NCBI RefSeq assembly: GCF_006345805.1
Contig: NC_043024.1
Location: forward strand, 19,902,001 to 19,966,000
DNA: 64,000 nt
From: Octopus sinensis
Taxonomy: Eukaryota
Direction: 5' to 3'
In this document: one piece after another, positions 11,198 through 24,108 of the stretch
Layout of the letters: each line of letters opens with the position of its first letter
Position numbering within the stretch: the stretch's first letter is position 1
Program-made: the position numbers and the translations under genes
The notes under the pieces: model-generated
Databases searched by the model: none
What the model saw: the letters and a program-made list of their open reading frames with translations, nothing else
What the model was told of the DNA's origin: nothing

Positions 11198-11366
11198 TTG
11201 TGTGCTGGTGTGTTTACATCCCCGTCACTTAGCGGTTCGGCAAAAAGAGACCGATAGAAAAAGTACTGGGCTTACAAAGAATAAGTCCCGGGGTCGATTT
11301 GCTCGACTAAAGGCGGTGCTCCAGCATGGCCGCAGTCAAATGACTGAAACAAGTAAAAGAAAAGAA
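10047..11366 (+). repeat. Tandem array of six SINE-B heads (~189-190 bp period) ending in one complete SINE-B
   Basis: Unit starts (tagg) at 10047, 10237, 10426, 10615, 10804, 10994. Confidence 0.95.
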
Positions 11367-11747
11367 AGCAAGAAAATATATATATATACACTGGTGTTAC
11401 TCCAGCATGGCCACGCCTTTGGGCAGAAACATATAAAAGAAAAAATAATACACACACACACACACATATATAGAGAGAGAGATATACACAAAGACACACA
11501 CACTTATGTGTGTGTGTCTGTGTTTGTCAGCCTACCATTTGATAATTGGTGTTGTTTTGTATCCATCCCCCATAGCCTAGCAGTTCAACAAAAGAGACTG
11601 ACCAAATAAGTACCAGATTTAAAAAAAAAAAAAAAAAAAAGTACTAGAATTGAATTGTTTGACTCAAACCTGTCATAGCAGTGCTCCAGCATGGTCACAG
11701 TCAAATAACTGAAACAAATAAAAGATATAAGGAAGGTCTGTACCTAT

Positions 11748-11972
11748 TTCTTTACTACCCACAAGGGGCTACACACAGAGGGGACAAACAAGGACAGACA
11801 AACGGATCAAGTCGATTATATCGACCCCAGTGCATAACTGGTACTTAATTTATCGACCCCGAAAGGATGAGAGGCAAAGTCGACCTCGGCGGAATTTGAA
11901 CACAGAACGTAGCGGTCGATGAAATATCGCTAAGCATTTCGCCCGGCATGCTAACATTTCTGCCAGCTCACC
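11748..11972 (-). mobile_element. SINE-A monomer
   Basis: Full body; flanking gtacctat at 11740-11747 and 11973-11980. Confidence 0.9.
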
Positions 11973-12465
11973 GTACCTATCACACCCTCCTACTGCCTCC
12001 TTCGTCCCCAGTACCCATATAAAATTTTCCACTGTCCCCCAACCCCGAACCAACTATTGACCCTTGACGCTTGGAAGGCACTACCATACACTTTAAGTAG
12101 CATCCCTTTAACAATTATTTCAATTGACCATTGACAAGTGCGCTAATAACTCTCTGTCAGTCATCCCCTTCCTGGGACCTATTGTCAGAGATCAATAATC
12201 CATTATTATGATTTTTAATCCTTCAACACCAAGGTAACCTTTGCCAAAAACAACAATGTCTTGTTTATATTATACTAAGGCACCAACTTAATAATAGCTG
12301 CAGGTATGGAATCCTGCCAAAGTTTGAAATTTCGATCTTTTTGGGAGGATTATCACCGTTATTGTTGTTGTTGTTCTTGTTCTTGTTGTTGCTGCTGCTG
12401 CTGTAGTTGTTGTTAGACAACTTGGTTTCGTATTGATAAATGAGATATCTGCAAAGTAATGAATA

Positions 12466-12518
<53 letters not shown>

Positions 12519-12519
<1 letters not shown>

Positions 12520-12774
12520 CTCTTTACTCTCTTTTACTCTTATGCTTGTTTCAGTGTTTCAGTCATTTGGCTGCGGTCATGCTGGAGCACCGCCTTTAGT
12601 CGAGCAAATCGACCCCGGGACTTATTCTTTGTAAGCCTAGTACTTATTCTAATCGGTCTCTTTTGCCGAACCACTAAGTTACGGAGACGTAAACACACCA
12701 GCATCAGTTGTCAAGCGATGATGGGGGGACAAACACAGACACACAAACATATACACACACGTACATACACACAC

Positions 12775-12840
<66 letters not shown>

Positions 12841-12962
12841 TATATGCACACACACATATATATTTACACACAACGGGCTTCTTTCAGTTTCCGTCTACCA
12901 AATCCACTGACAAGGCTTTGGTCAGCCCGAGGCTATAGCAGAAGACACTTGCCCTAGGTGCC
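12519..12962 (-). mobile_element. SINE-B, 5'-truncated, expanded internal microsatellite
   Basis: Family tail and body. Confidence 0.9.
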
Positions 12963-13435
12963 ATGCACATATATATATATATAGATAGATCATATTATAT
13001 TGTATTGTATGTATATATATTATGTTATAATATATATATATTATATATCATCATCATCATCATTGCGTATATATATGAGAGTGAGTGTGTGTGTGTGTAT
13101 ATAAATATTGTGTGTATGTATGAGAATGTGTATATGTGTGTATGTATGTATATATTGAATATGTAGATGTAGACCTAGATAACTATTGACTTAGATAATG
13201 GTAGGAATGATGTTCATTGCTGCTCACGTTCTCTACCCCGTTTTATATAAACACTCACACATATACACTCGCTATTTGCACATGTATGTGCACATGTAGG
13301 CACGAATTTTAAAGCACATGCAAGCAAACATACACACACACGTACATGTATACATACATAAAACAAAACATACAAATCTGCACATATATATACATACATC
13401 TATACACACATGCATACATGTATATATATATATAC

Positions 13436-13822
13436 AGGAGTGGCTGTGTGGTAAGTAGCTTGCTTACCGACCACATGGTTCCGGGTTCAGTCCCACTGTG
13501 TGGCACCTTGGGCAAGTGTCTTCTACTATAGACTTGGGCCGATCAACGTCTTGTGAGTGGATTTGGTAGACGGAAACTGAAAGAAGCCTGTTGTATATAT
13601 GTATGTGTTTGTGTGTTTGTATGTCTGTGTTTGTCCCCCCCAACATCGCTTGACAACCGATGCTGGTGTGTTTATGTACCCGTAACTTAGCAGTTCGGCA
13701 AAAAGGACCGATAGAATAAGCATTAGGCTTACAAAGAATAAGTCCTGGGGTCAATTTGCTCAACTAAAGTTGGTGCTCCAGTATGGCCACAGTCAAATGA
13801 CTAAAATAAGTAAAAGAATAAA
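13436..13822 (+). mobile_element. SINE-B
   Basis: Family head, body and tail. Confidence 0.9.
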
Positions 13823-14520
13823 AGAATATATATGTATACACACACACAAACCTATACACATACATATATACACTGGTATGCACACACTTGTACACATATT
13901 CATGTTCACTACACATACACACACACACAAACATACATATATGCATGCATACAGTCCCACATATACACATGCACGCACACACACACACACATATTCAGAG
14001 ACACATAAACACACTTATACATTCACGCATGCCTACACACACACACACACACACACACACAAATACACATGTATACATTGGCCAGCAGTTTTAAGAAGTG
14101 CTAAGCAGAAACCATTGACACCAGTATATGACTGGTACTCTGTTTGAGGAACTTTGAAAGGACGAAAGGCAAAGCTGCTCTCAGTGGGTTTTGAACTCAG
14201 AACATAAGGAGCTGGAAAAAATACCATGAGGTTTTTTGTCAAACATGCTTTCGGTCCCACTGCCATCATAATGGTTCCAAATTTTGGAACAGAGCCAACA
14301 GTTTTTGATGGGGGGTGGGGAGTTGAGTACATTAACCTCAGTGCATAACTGATACTTATCTTATCGACTCCAAAAGGATGAAAGGTAAAGTTGACCTTGG
14401 CAGGATTTGAACCCTGAACACAGATGGATGAAACGCCACTAAGCATTTTGTCTGGTATACTAACAATTGTACTCGCTCACTGCCTTAAGAATAATAATAA
14501 TAATAATAATAATAATAGTA

Positions 14521-14568
<48 letters not shown>

Positions 14569-14571
<3 letters not shown>

Positions 14572-14858
14572 GCCCTGATGCAGTACCAGGCAGTGGTTCT
14601 CATGGCTTCTGATCTTAACTGATTGGAAGTGTTATCATGTACATTGTTTTGTCTTGGTATAAAAGATGGGCTACAGCAAATATTCTGCTCAATACCACAG
14701 ATTTGCTTGTCAGTTGTTTGACCTTAACCAGTTGAGCATGTCCCTTAGTGGCTGACGATATGTGCATCTCTGATCATGAGCAGAAATAGTAGGGGAGCAT
14801 CATAGCCATGTGTTGAGAGGGATTCTTTGGGGTTTGGATAATTCACCTCTGGAAACAT
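14569..14858 (-). repeat. Unclassified retroelement-like 3' end with a (TTA)n tail (tract 14490-14568)
   Basis: Non-simple sequence ending ...ctggtactgcatcagggcatttattatt on the minus strand; no recognisable ORF. Confidence 0.4.
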
Positions 14859-15158
14859 TGACTTAACTGTTGTTCGCCATGTCTCAGCCCCATACGAATA
14901 ACACCGCTTTCACGATAGTGTTAAAAATTCTTATTTTGTTCTTTATTGAAATTAAATTGCGCTCCATACTTTCTTTAACAGGTGAAGAGCAGTCCTTGTC
15001 TTAATATCTTCATTGGTGCCACCTGAAAACGTTATCTTACTACCTAAATACGTAAACTCAGCTACATCCTCTAGTTCACCGGTTTCTACTTTAATACATT
15101 CGCTGTTTTCTTCATTACGTGCATAATTTTTGCTTAGTAGCATTTCATTCATCTGCAT
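14859..15158 (-). mobile_element. RTE-like LINE reverse transcriptase fragment (pseudogenised)
   Basis: ELEDVAEFTYLGSKITFSGGTNEDIKTR followed by KIRIFNTIVKAVLFVWAETWRTT, typical of the late RT/thumb region. Confidence 0.75.
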
Positions 15159-15304
15159 ATTCTGAGTTCAAAATCCACTGAGGTCGACTTTGCCTTTCAT
15201 CCTTTCGGGGTCAATAAAATGAGTACCAGTTTGAGAACTGGGGTCAATGTAATTGACTATCCCCCTCCCCACAAATTTCAGACCTTGTGCCTTTAGTAGA
15301 AAGG
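15159..15304 (+). mobile_element. 5'-truncated SINE-A whose tail runs into (ATT)n
   Basis: ctgagttcaaaatccactgaggtcgactttgcc...gtgcctttagtagaaaggattatt. Confidence 0.85.
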
Positions 15305-15337
<33 letters not shown>

Positions 15338-15350
15338 ATTATTATTATTA

Positions 15351-15732
15351 ATCAGTAGTTCTATTTTTATAACGTGCTTTCACTTCACTACCGAGCGCAG
15401 CTCTGTGTGACTTGGGTATGTGCTGTGATTTGTTGTGATGCTCTGATGGTTATTGTATGGAAAGTGTTCTGCGTAGGATGTGTGCAGTGCCCAGTAGTGC
15501 AATTTTCTGTATGTTGTATATATTTGTAAGTCCTGATGTTTTTGTTATGTATTTGTCTGAATATTTTTTTTATCATGCCTAATGCACCTACTATGATAGG
15601 AATTGTTTCTGTTTTCAGATTCCACATTCTAGTTACCTCTATTTTCAGGTCTTTGTATTTTGAAAGTTTCTCCATTTCTTTTAGAGACACGTTGTCATCT
15701 GCCAGTATTGATACATCAATTAGAAAGCATAT

Positions 15733-15733
<1 letters not shown>
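15351..15733 (-). mobile_element. RLE-type (R4/Dong-like) non-LTR retrotransposon 3' end
   Basis: CFLIDVSILADDNVSLKEMEKLSKYKDLKIEVTRMWNLKTETIPIIVGALGMIKK-(frameshift)-YSDKYITKTSGLTNIYNIQKIALLGTAHILRRTL: restriction-like endonuclease C-terminus; (TAA)n on both sides. Confidence 0.85.
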
Positions 15734-15763
<30 letters not shown>

Positions 15764-16004
15764 TACTATTATTATTATTATTATTATTATTCTATGTTTG
15801 ACTTTTGCTTTATGTCTGTACAAGTTGGCTCCAAGTCTCACCCAGAGACCTCAAGAGACAACAGGGTTGGAAGTTCATGTTGTTGTTATGCCTAGTGTGC
15901 CATATATTTGGGGTTTTTTTGTGTTGTACTAGTGAATGTCTAATACATAAAAAAAAAAACCTTTTGTTTTATACCTTGGGATTACATAGAGAGTATTTTG
16001 CGTA

Positions 16005-16611
16005 GGATATTATTATTACTATTATTACTATTATTATTAATATTACTATTATTATTATTATTATTATTATTACTATTATTATTAATATTACTATTATTAT
16101 TATTATTATTATTACTATTATTATTAATATTACTATTATTATTATTATTATTATTATTACTATTATTATTAATATTACTACTATTATTATTATTATTATT
16201 ACTATTATTATTAATATTACTATTATTATTATTATTACTATTATTATTAATATTACTATTATTATTATTATTATTATACTCTATTATTAATATACTATTA
16301 TTATTATTATTATTATTACTATTATTATTAATATTACTATTATTATTATTATTATTATTACTTATATTATTATTAATATTACTATTATTATTATTATTAT
16401 TATTACTATTATTATTAATATTACTATTATTATATTATTATTATTACTATTATTATTAATATTATATTATTATTATTATTATTATTATTACTTATTATTA
16501 ATATTACTATTATTATTATTATTATTATTACTATTATTATTAATATTACTATTATTATTATTATTATTATTACTATTATTATTAATATTACTATTATTAT
16601 TATTATTATTA
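16005..16611. repeat. (ATT)n microsatellite with a 42-45 bp higher-order unit
   Basis: Recurring AAT ATT ACT (ATT)7-8 ACT (ATT)3. Confidence 0.9.
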
Positions 16612-16961
16612 AGCTTGCAGGATTATTAGTATGATGGACAAGATACTAAGCCACATTTCCACCAGTTTTACATTCTGGTTTCAAATCCCACTGTAGACCA
16701 CTTATCCATTTATCCTTTTGGGGGTCAATAAAAAAAATGCAGCATTTGAACACTCCTCACAAAAATTTCAGGCCTTGTGTCTATATTAGAAAAGGTTATT
16801 ATGCTTATTGTTATTCTCAGAGTTGTTTTCTTTCCGTTAAGTGTCAAGGAAAAAAATTCCATGAACAGATGGATTCGGTTTTATGTTGAGTGTTTCCACT
16901 CCAAGTTCTTTAGAATCTTTTCCCGGGTGCTCTAAAAACTCCAAATATTAAACTATACAAA

Positions 16962-17355
16962 TAGGCGCAGAAGTGGCTGTGTGGTAAGTAGCTTGCTAAC
17001 CGGGTTCAGTCCCACTGCGTGGCATCTTGGGCAAGTGTCTTCTGCTATAGCCCCGGGCCGACCGATGCCTTGTGAGTGGATTTGGTAGACGGAAACTGAA
17101 AGAAGCCTGTCGTATATATGTATATATATGTATGTGTGTGTTTGTGTGTCTGTGTTTGTCCCCCTAGCATTGCTTGACAACCGATGCTGGTGTGTGTTTA
17201 CGTCCCCATCAGTTTGCGGTTCGGCAAAAGAGACCGATAGAATAAGTACTGGGCTTACAAAAGAATAAGTCCCGGGGTCAATTTGCTCGACTAAAGGCAG
17301 TGCTCCAGCATGGCCGCAGTCAAATGACTGAAACAAGTAAAAGAGTAAAAGAGTA
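16962..17355 (+). mobile_element. SINE-B, full length
   Basis: Family head, body and tail. Confidence 0.9.
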
Positions 17356-17732
17356 AATAATTAAAAACAGCACAATTTTCCTTCCATTCATTCAGAGAAG
17401 ATCTCTTGGAGAACATCTCTTAGTTTTTTCATCTCTAAAAACTCTGAACTTCAGCTGCCAGCCCTTATGCACACACATGTCTGTCTAGCTCTCTACCTAA
17501 CTACTGACCTTCATACAAACAGAACCCACAGCTCTCCAAATAGAGGTCAACCATGGTCTGCCAACTTCTCTACTTAGTCATGAGCTCTGCTGACCTTTAA
17601 CAATGGGGGGAAGCTCAAGTTTCAAAGGGAAACACAATTGATGAGGGCAAGTTTTCATTGTTGAAATACCAATGGAAGCCCTTATCTTATCAGATTTATG
17701 GTTCAGTAAAATGTCAACTACAGCTATTTGTC

Positions 17733-17799
17733 TGTATGTGTGTGTGTGTATATATGTATGTATATATGTATGTATGTAGGTATATGTATGTATATATGC

Positions 17800-17855
<56 letters not shown>

Positions 17856-17968
17856 GTATGTATATATATGTATATATAGTATGTATATATATATGTATAT
17901 ATATATGTGTATGTATATATATATGTATATATATATGTGTATGTATATATATATATGTAATATATATG

Positions 17969-18001
<33 letters not shown>

Positions 18002-19670
18002 GTATATATATATATATGTATATATATATGTATATATATATATGTATATATATATATATGTAATATATATATATATTGTATATATAATATATGTATATAT
18101 ATATATGTATATATCATATGTATATATATATGTATATATATATGTATATATGTTATATATATATGTATATATATATGTATATATGTATTATATAATATGT
18201 ATTATATATGTAATATATATGTATATATGTATATATATATGTATATATATATGTATATATGTATATATATGTATATATGTATATATATATGTATATATAT
18301 GTATATATGTATATATATATGTATATATATATGTATATATATATATATGTATATATGTATAATATATGTATATATATATATGTATATATATGATATGTAT
18401 AGATATGTATATATATGTATATATATATATATATGTATATATGTATATCTATATATATATAGGTATATATTATGGAGATATATAGATGTATGTATATATA
18501 TGATTATATATATATATATATTGTATCTATATAGATGTATATATATATGTGTGGGTGTGTATGTGTATGGCGTCTTGAATATGTCTATGAATGTATGCAT
18601 GTATGTATGTAAGTATGTATGTATGTATGTATGTATGTATGCATGTATGTATGTGTGTTATGTAGTATGTATGTATGTATGTATGTTATGTAGGTATGTA
18701 TGTATGTATGTTATGTATGTATGTATTGTATGCATGCATGTATGTATGTATGTATGTATGTATGTATGTATGTATGTATGATGTATGTCTGTATGTAGTA
18801 TGTATGTATGTATGTATGTATGTATGTTATGTATGGGGTTGTAATGTATGTTTGTATGTATGTATGTATGGTATGCATGCATGTATGTATGGATTTGTAT
18901 GTATGTATGTATGTATGTATGAATGTATGTATGTATGTATGTAATGTATGTATGTATGTGGTGATGTATGTATGTTGTATGTTATGTGTATGTATGCATG
19001 CATGTATGTATGGATGTATGTATGTATGTATGTATGTATGTATGTCTGTATGTATGTATGTAATTGTATGTAGTGTATGTATGTATGTATGTATATATGT
19101 ATTGTATGGTGTATGTATGGTTAATGTATATATGTCTGTATGTATGTAATGTATGTATGTCTGTATGGTATGTATTATGTTATGTATGTATGTATGTATG
19201 TAGTATGTATGTATTATGTATGTTATATGTTGGTATGTATGGTATGTATGTATGCATGTAATGTATGTGTATGTATGTATGGTATGTATGGTATTATGTA
19301 TGTATGTATGTAGTATGTCTGTATTGTATGTATGTATGTGTGTTATGTAGGTTATGTTTGTATGTATGTATGTATGCATGGCATGTATGTATGTATGTAT
19401 TGTATGTATGTATGTATGTATGTATGTCTGGTTATGTATGTATGTCTGTATGTATGTATGTATGATGTAAGATATATGTATGTATGTGTTGGTAGTATGT
19501 TATTATGTCTGTATGTATGTATGTATGTAGTCGTATGTATGTATGTTGTATGTTGTATGTATGTATGTATGTATGTATGTAAGTATATTGGATGTATGTG
19601 TGTGTATGTATGTATATATGTCTGTATGTATGTATGTCTGTATGTATGTATGTATGTATGTATGTGTAAT
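17733..19670. repeat. Compound (AT)n/(ATGT)n then degenerate (GTAT)n simple-repeat block
   Basis: Direct reading. Confidence 0.95.
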
Positions 19671-19850
19671 TGTCTGTAGGTTTGTGTATTTGAATGTCTC
19701 TCTATACATATTATCTGTGTGTATATCTGTCTGTGTGTCCATGAAATTAGTGTTTTGTTTTGGCTATCTAGGCGGGTCTAATCAATCTATATTACTTACA
19801 ATAGAAATTTTATATAGGTGTGTACGCATAAACATATGTGTGTTTGTGAG

Positions 19851-19902
<52 letters not shown>

Positions 19903-20204
19903 ATGCATGTGTGTGTAGGCATATGATTGTAAATGTACTTGTCTATTAGCATATGTGCACATATATATATATAAATGTATACATGTATGTATGTGTATAT
20001 ATATATATATGTATATATGTGTGTGTATGTGTGTATACATATATATTTATATGCATATATTTGTGAGTGTATGTACGTGTGTAATTGATATGTGGAGCTC
20101 AAGTTTTAGAATAAGTGTTTACTTCACTTCCTTAAATGAATTACATAGTTTATTAATAAAAAAAAACACACAAAACAACATATACATTCATTGACTCAAC
20201 ATAC

Positions 20205-20230
20205 AGGCATTATTTTTGCCTATATATATG

Positions 20231-20267
<37 letters not shown>

Positions 20268-20345
20268 ATGTATATGTATATATATCATCATCATCATCAT
20301 CATTTAGTGTCCGGTTTCTATGCAGGAAAAATGGACACTAAATGA

Positions 20346-20382
<37 letters not shown>

Positions 20383-20396
20383 CAAAAATAATGCCT
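20205..20396. repeat. Fold-back inverted duplication centred on an RTE tail
   Basis: Outer 20-bp arms 20205-20224 / 20377-20396 and inner 17-bp arms 20296-20312 / 20333-20349 are perfect reverse complements. Confidence 0.9.
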
Positions 20397-20455
20397 CTGT
20401 GTGTGTGTGTGTGCGTATGTGTGTGTGTGCGCGTGTGTGTGTGTGTGTGTGTGCA

Positions 20456-20487
<32 letters not shown>

Positions 20488-20760
20488 GTGTATGTAAGCA
20501 AAATTGTTTTGATAAGCTATTTTAAATGTGGGAGGGCGGGTCCTTCTGTTGGTCAAGTTTCACTGCTGATCTGCATATATGCCCTGCCATGGCTGCATGG
20601 TTAAGAAGTTCGGTTTGCAACCATATGGTTTGGGGTTCAGTCCTACCATGAAGCACTTTGGGCAAGAGTCTTCTGTTATGGCTTTGAGTTAAGCATTGCA
20701 GTGTAAGAAAATTTGGTAGACAGAACCTGTGTGTGTGGAATTCCATTGCATATACATATC

Positions 20761-20791
<31 letters not shown>

Positions 20792-20884
20792 GTGTTTGTC
20801 CCCCATTCCACTGCTTGAGAACCAGTGCTGGTTTGTTTGCAACCCTTTAATTTAACTGTTCAGCATAAGAGATTGACAGACTGA

Positions 20885-21061
20885 TAGGTGCCGGAGTGGC
20901 TGTGTGGTAAGTAGCTTGCTTACGAACCACATGGTTCTGCGTTCAGTCCCACTGTGTAGCACCTTGGGCAAGTGTCTTCTACTATAGCCTCGGGCTGACC
21001 AAAGCCTTGTCAGTGGATTTGGTAGACGGAAACTGAAAGAAGCCCGTCGTATATATGTATG

Positions 21062-21096
<35 letters not shown>

Positions 21097-21300
21097 CTGT
21101 GTTTGTCCCCCCAACAATGTTTGACAACCGATGCTGGTGTGTTTACGTCCCCGTAACTTAGCAGTTAGGGAAAAGAGACCGATAGAATAAGTACTAGGCT
21201 TACAAAGAATAAGTCCTGGGGGTCGATTTGCTCGACTAAAGGTGGTGCTCCAGCATGGCCACAGTCAAATGACTGAAACAAGTAAAAGAGTAAAGAGAGA
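20885..21300 (+). mobile_element. SINE-B, full length
   Basis: Family head, body and tail. Confidence 0.9.
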
Positions 21301-21504
21301 CTAAGTGCCAGACTTCAGAATGAGCATTAGGGTCACAGTGCATGACTGAATGCTTCAAGGGGGGCCCCGACCCCTCAGCATAGCTACAGCCCTATGACTA
21401 AAGCCGGAAAAAGATAAAAGAAAAATTATAAAATCATTAATTCTACAAATATAATATTTGGATCTGTTATCACAGGTTTAACCCTATAATTACCATCATC
21501 ATCA

Positions 21505-21770
21505 TCATCGTTTAACGTCCATTCTCCATGCTAGCATGGGCTGGATGGTTCGACCGGGGTCCGGGAAGCCAGGAGGCTGCACCAGGATCCAGTCTGATCT
21601 GGTAGTGTTTCTACAGCTGGATGCCCTTCCTAACACCAACTACTATGTGAGTGTAGTGGGCGCTTTTTGCGGGCCACTGGCACAGGGGCCAGAGGAGGCT
21701 GGCAAACGGCCACGATTGATTGGTGCTTTTTACTTGTGACCAACACAGACGCCAGTAAGGCAGCGCTGGC
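21505..21770 (-). mobile_element. RTE 3'-UTR fragment
   Basis: (CAT)n then tttaacgtccattctccatgctagcatggg...ggatgcccttcc. Confidence 0.8.
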
Positions 21771-21780
21771 CGACCAAAGC

Positions 21781-21984
21781 CTAGAGAGGACAAACAAGGA
21801 CAGACAAATGGATTAAGTTGATTACATCGACCCCTAGTGATTAACTGGTACTTATTTAATCGACCCAGAAAGGATGAAAGGCAAAGTCGACCTCGGCAGA
21901 ATTTGAACTCGGAATGTAATGGCAGACGAAATACCGCTAAGCATTTCGTCCGGTGTGCTAACGATTCTGCCAGTTCACCGCCTT
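21781..21984 (-). mobile_element. SINE-A
   Basis: Family body and head. Confidence 0.85.
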
Positions 21985-22431
21985 AATTTATGTGTATTTA
22001 CGCCATTTGCCTACAGCAAAAAATTTTCTCCATAACAAAACACATTGAATCGCTCGTTTACAAGTCCGAACATGACCTTAGCATATTCAGACTGGTAATA
22101 ACGCAGCACTAAAGGGTTAACACAGTGTGTTTTTGTATTTTCCTCAACTACAGTTTTTCAAAAGTTCATTTTTTTGTAGAACTTTGTCATCCAGATCAAG
22201 GAGTCTCAGTGAAAGAAAAACTCCCCAAGGGAAACTGGTCAAACTGTCTTTGGCATTTCCAGACACTTGAAGCTTCATTTCCATAGATAGAATGAATATT
22301 CCTTGACACTTGCAATGCTAAAGCGCTACTTCTGAATTCCTACAGCATGCAGTGTCTGATAAAAGACTGATCTAAATTCAGTCTAAAAGAATGAAAATCA
22401 ATAGGAATTTAATCATTATAAACTAAAGTAA

Positions 22432-23071
22432 TCTCTCTTTATATAAAGCTGAAGTTGTCTGTGTGTGTATGGCAGGTTTGGTAGCCTTCAACTACCTCAA
22501 TTTCCTCCAAGACCCTGCAGCACAGGTTGACCAAATTTGAGAGTATGGTAGAAGAAGGCTTCATCTTCGTTCTGTAGAAGATAAAATTCAAATCAGACCA
22601 TGTTAACACCGAAAAGTTTTTTACATCAAAAAGGTGCTTTTTGTTCTATGAAAATCCCTATTTTTTACGATTTTTTGACTGCTGTGTCGCCATGTTTTGG
22701 TGTATTTCAACCAGAAAAATCTATATATATATAAAGCTGAAGTTGTGTGTGTATGGCAGGTTTGGTAGCCTTCAACTAACACTATCTCCTCCGAGACCCT
22801 GTGGCGCAAGTTGGCCAAAATTGAGAGTATGATAGAAGAAGGCTTGCTCTTCATTCCATAGAAGAAAAATTTCAAATCAGACCATGTTAACACCAAAAAT
22901 TATTTACATCAAAAACAGTGCTTTTTTTCTATGAAAATCCCTATCTTTTACGATTTTTGACTGCTGTGTCGCCATTTTTCGGTGTATTTCAACCAGAAAA
23001 ATGTTACTTTTCAAAAATTCCAATTCTAAAGGGTCGAAACAAACCCGAGCAAAGCCGGGTAATACTGCTAG
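22432..23071 (+). mobile_element. Non-autonomous Helitron with a tandemly repeated 288-bp 5' module
   Basis: A|TC start at 22432, second TC start at 22720, hairpin cccgagcaaagccggg (23044-23059), CTAG|T end at 23068-23072. Confidence 0.75.
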
Positions 23072-23100
23072 TCTACAATGAAAGAAGAATACATTGGAAT

Positions 23101-23596
23101 CTTTCTTTCACTTGTTTCAATTGTGTGATTGTGGCCATGCTGGGGCATCACCTTGAAGAATTCTTAGTCGAAGAAATCAACTCCCAGCACTTCATTTTAT
23201 TTTAAGCTTGGTACTTATTCTAGCAGTCTCTTTTGCTGAACCACTAAGTTATGGGGACATAAACACGCTAACACTGGTTGTCAAGTAATGATGTAAGACA
23301 AACACAGGCACAAACACACACACACACACATGCACTCACACACACATGCATGCACACACACACACGCACATACATACACACACACGCATACACACACATG
23401 CATGCATACATACACCCATATATATACGTATATGTATGATGGGCTTCTTTCAGTTTCCATCTAGCAAATCCACTCATAAGGCTTTCGTCAGCCCGATGCC
23501 ATAGTAGAAGACACTTGACCAAGGTACCCTTCAAGGGGACTGAGCCCAGAACCATGCCGTTGGGAAGTAAGCTTCTTTCCACACAGCTATGCCTCC
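23101..23596 (-). mobile_element. SINE-B, diverged
   Basis: Family tail, body and head. Confidence 0.8.
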
Positions 23597-24108
23597 ACCA
23601 ATGTAAAAATTAATTCTTATTTTACTGAAAGTATTGGAAAGTTATCCTAAAAGGGACAAAAATTCTTCAAGATTTTATTTCCAACTTAAGAGATTTCTTC
23701 TTGTTGTTGTTATTGGTGGCATGTGAAAAGTGCCATCCAAACGTGGTCGGTGAGTGTGACATGTAAAAAAGCACCCACTACACTCTCGGAGTGGTTGGTG
23801 TTAGGAAGGCTACCCAGCTGTAGAAACCTTGCCAGATCAGATTGGAGCCTTCTGACTTGCCAGTCCCTGGTTAAACTGTCCAACACATGTTTGCATGGAA
23901 AACAGACATTAGATAATGATGATGATCATCATCATCATCATCATCACCATCATTCTAAGTTCAAATTCCACCAAAGTTTACTTTACTTTTCATTCTTTCG
24001 GGGTGGTGGGGCAGATAAAATGAAGTACCAGTCAAGTACTGGGGTTCGATGTAACCATTGAGTGTTTTATCAGTCCCAAAAAAAGATGAAAAATAAATTT
24101 CGCCTTAG

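Noticed and set aside
22105-22120. Lone piggyBac-like end aaagggTTAA
   Set aside because: I found no convincing partner TIR nearby.
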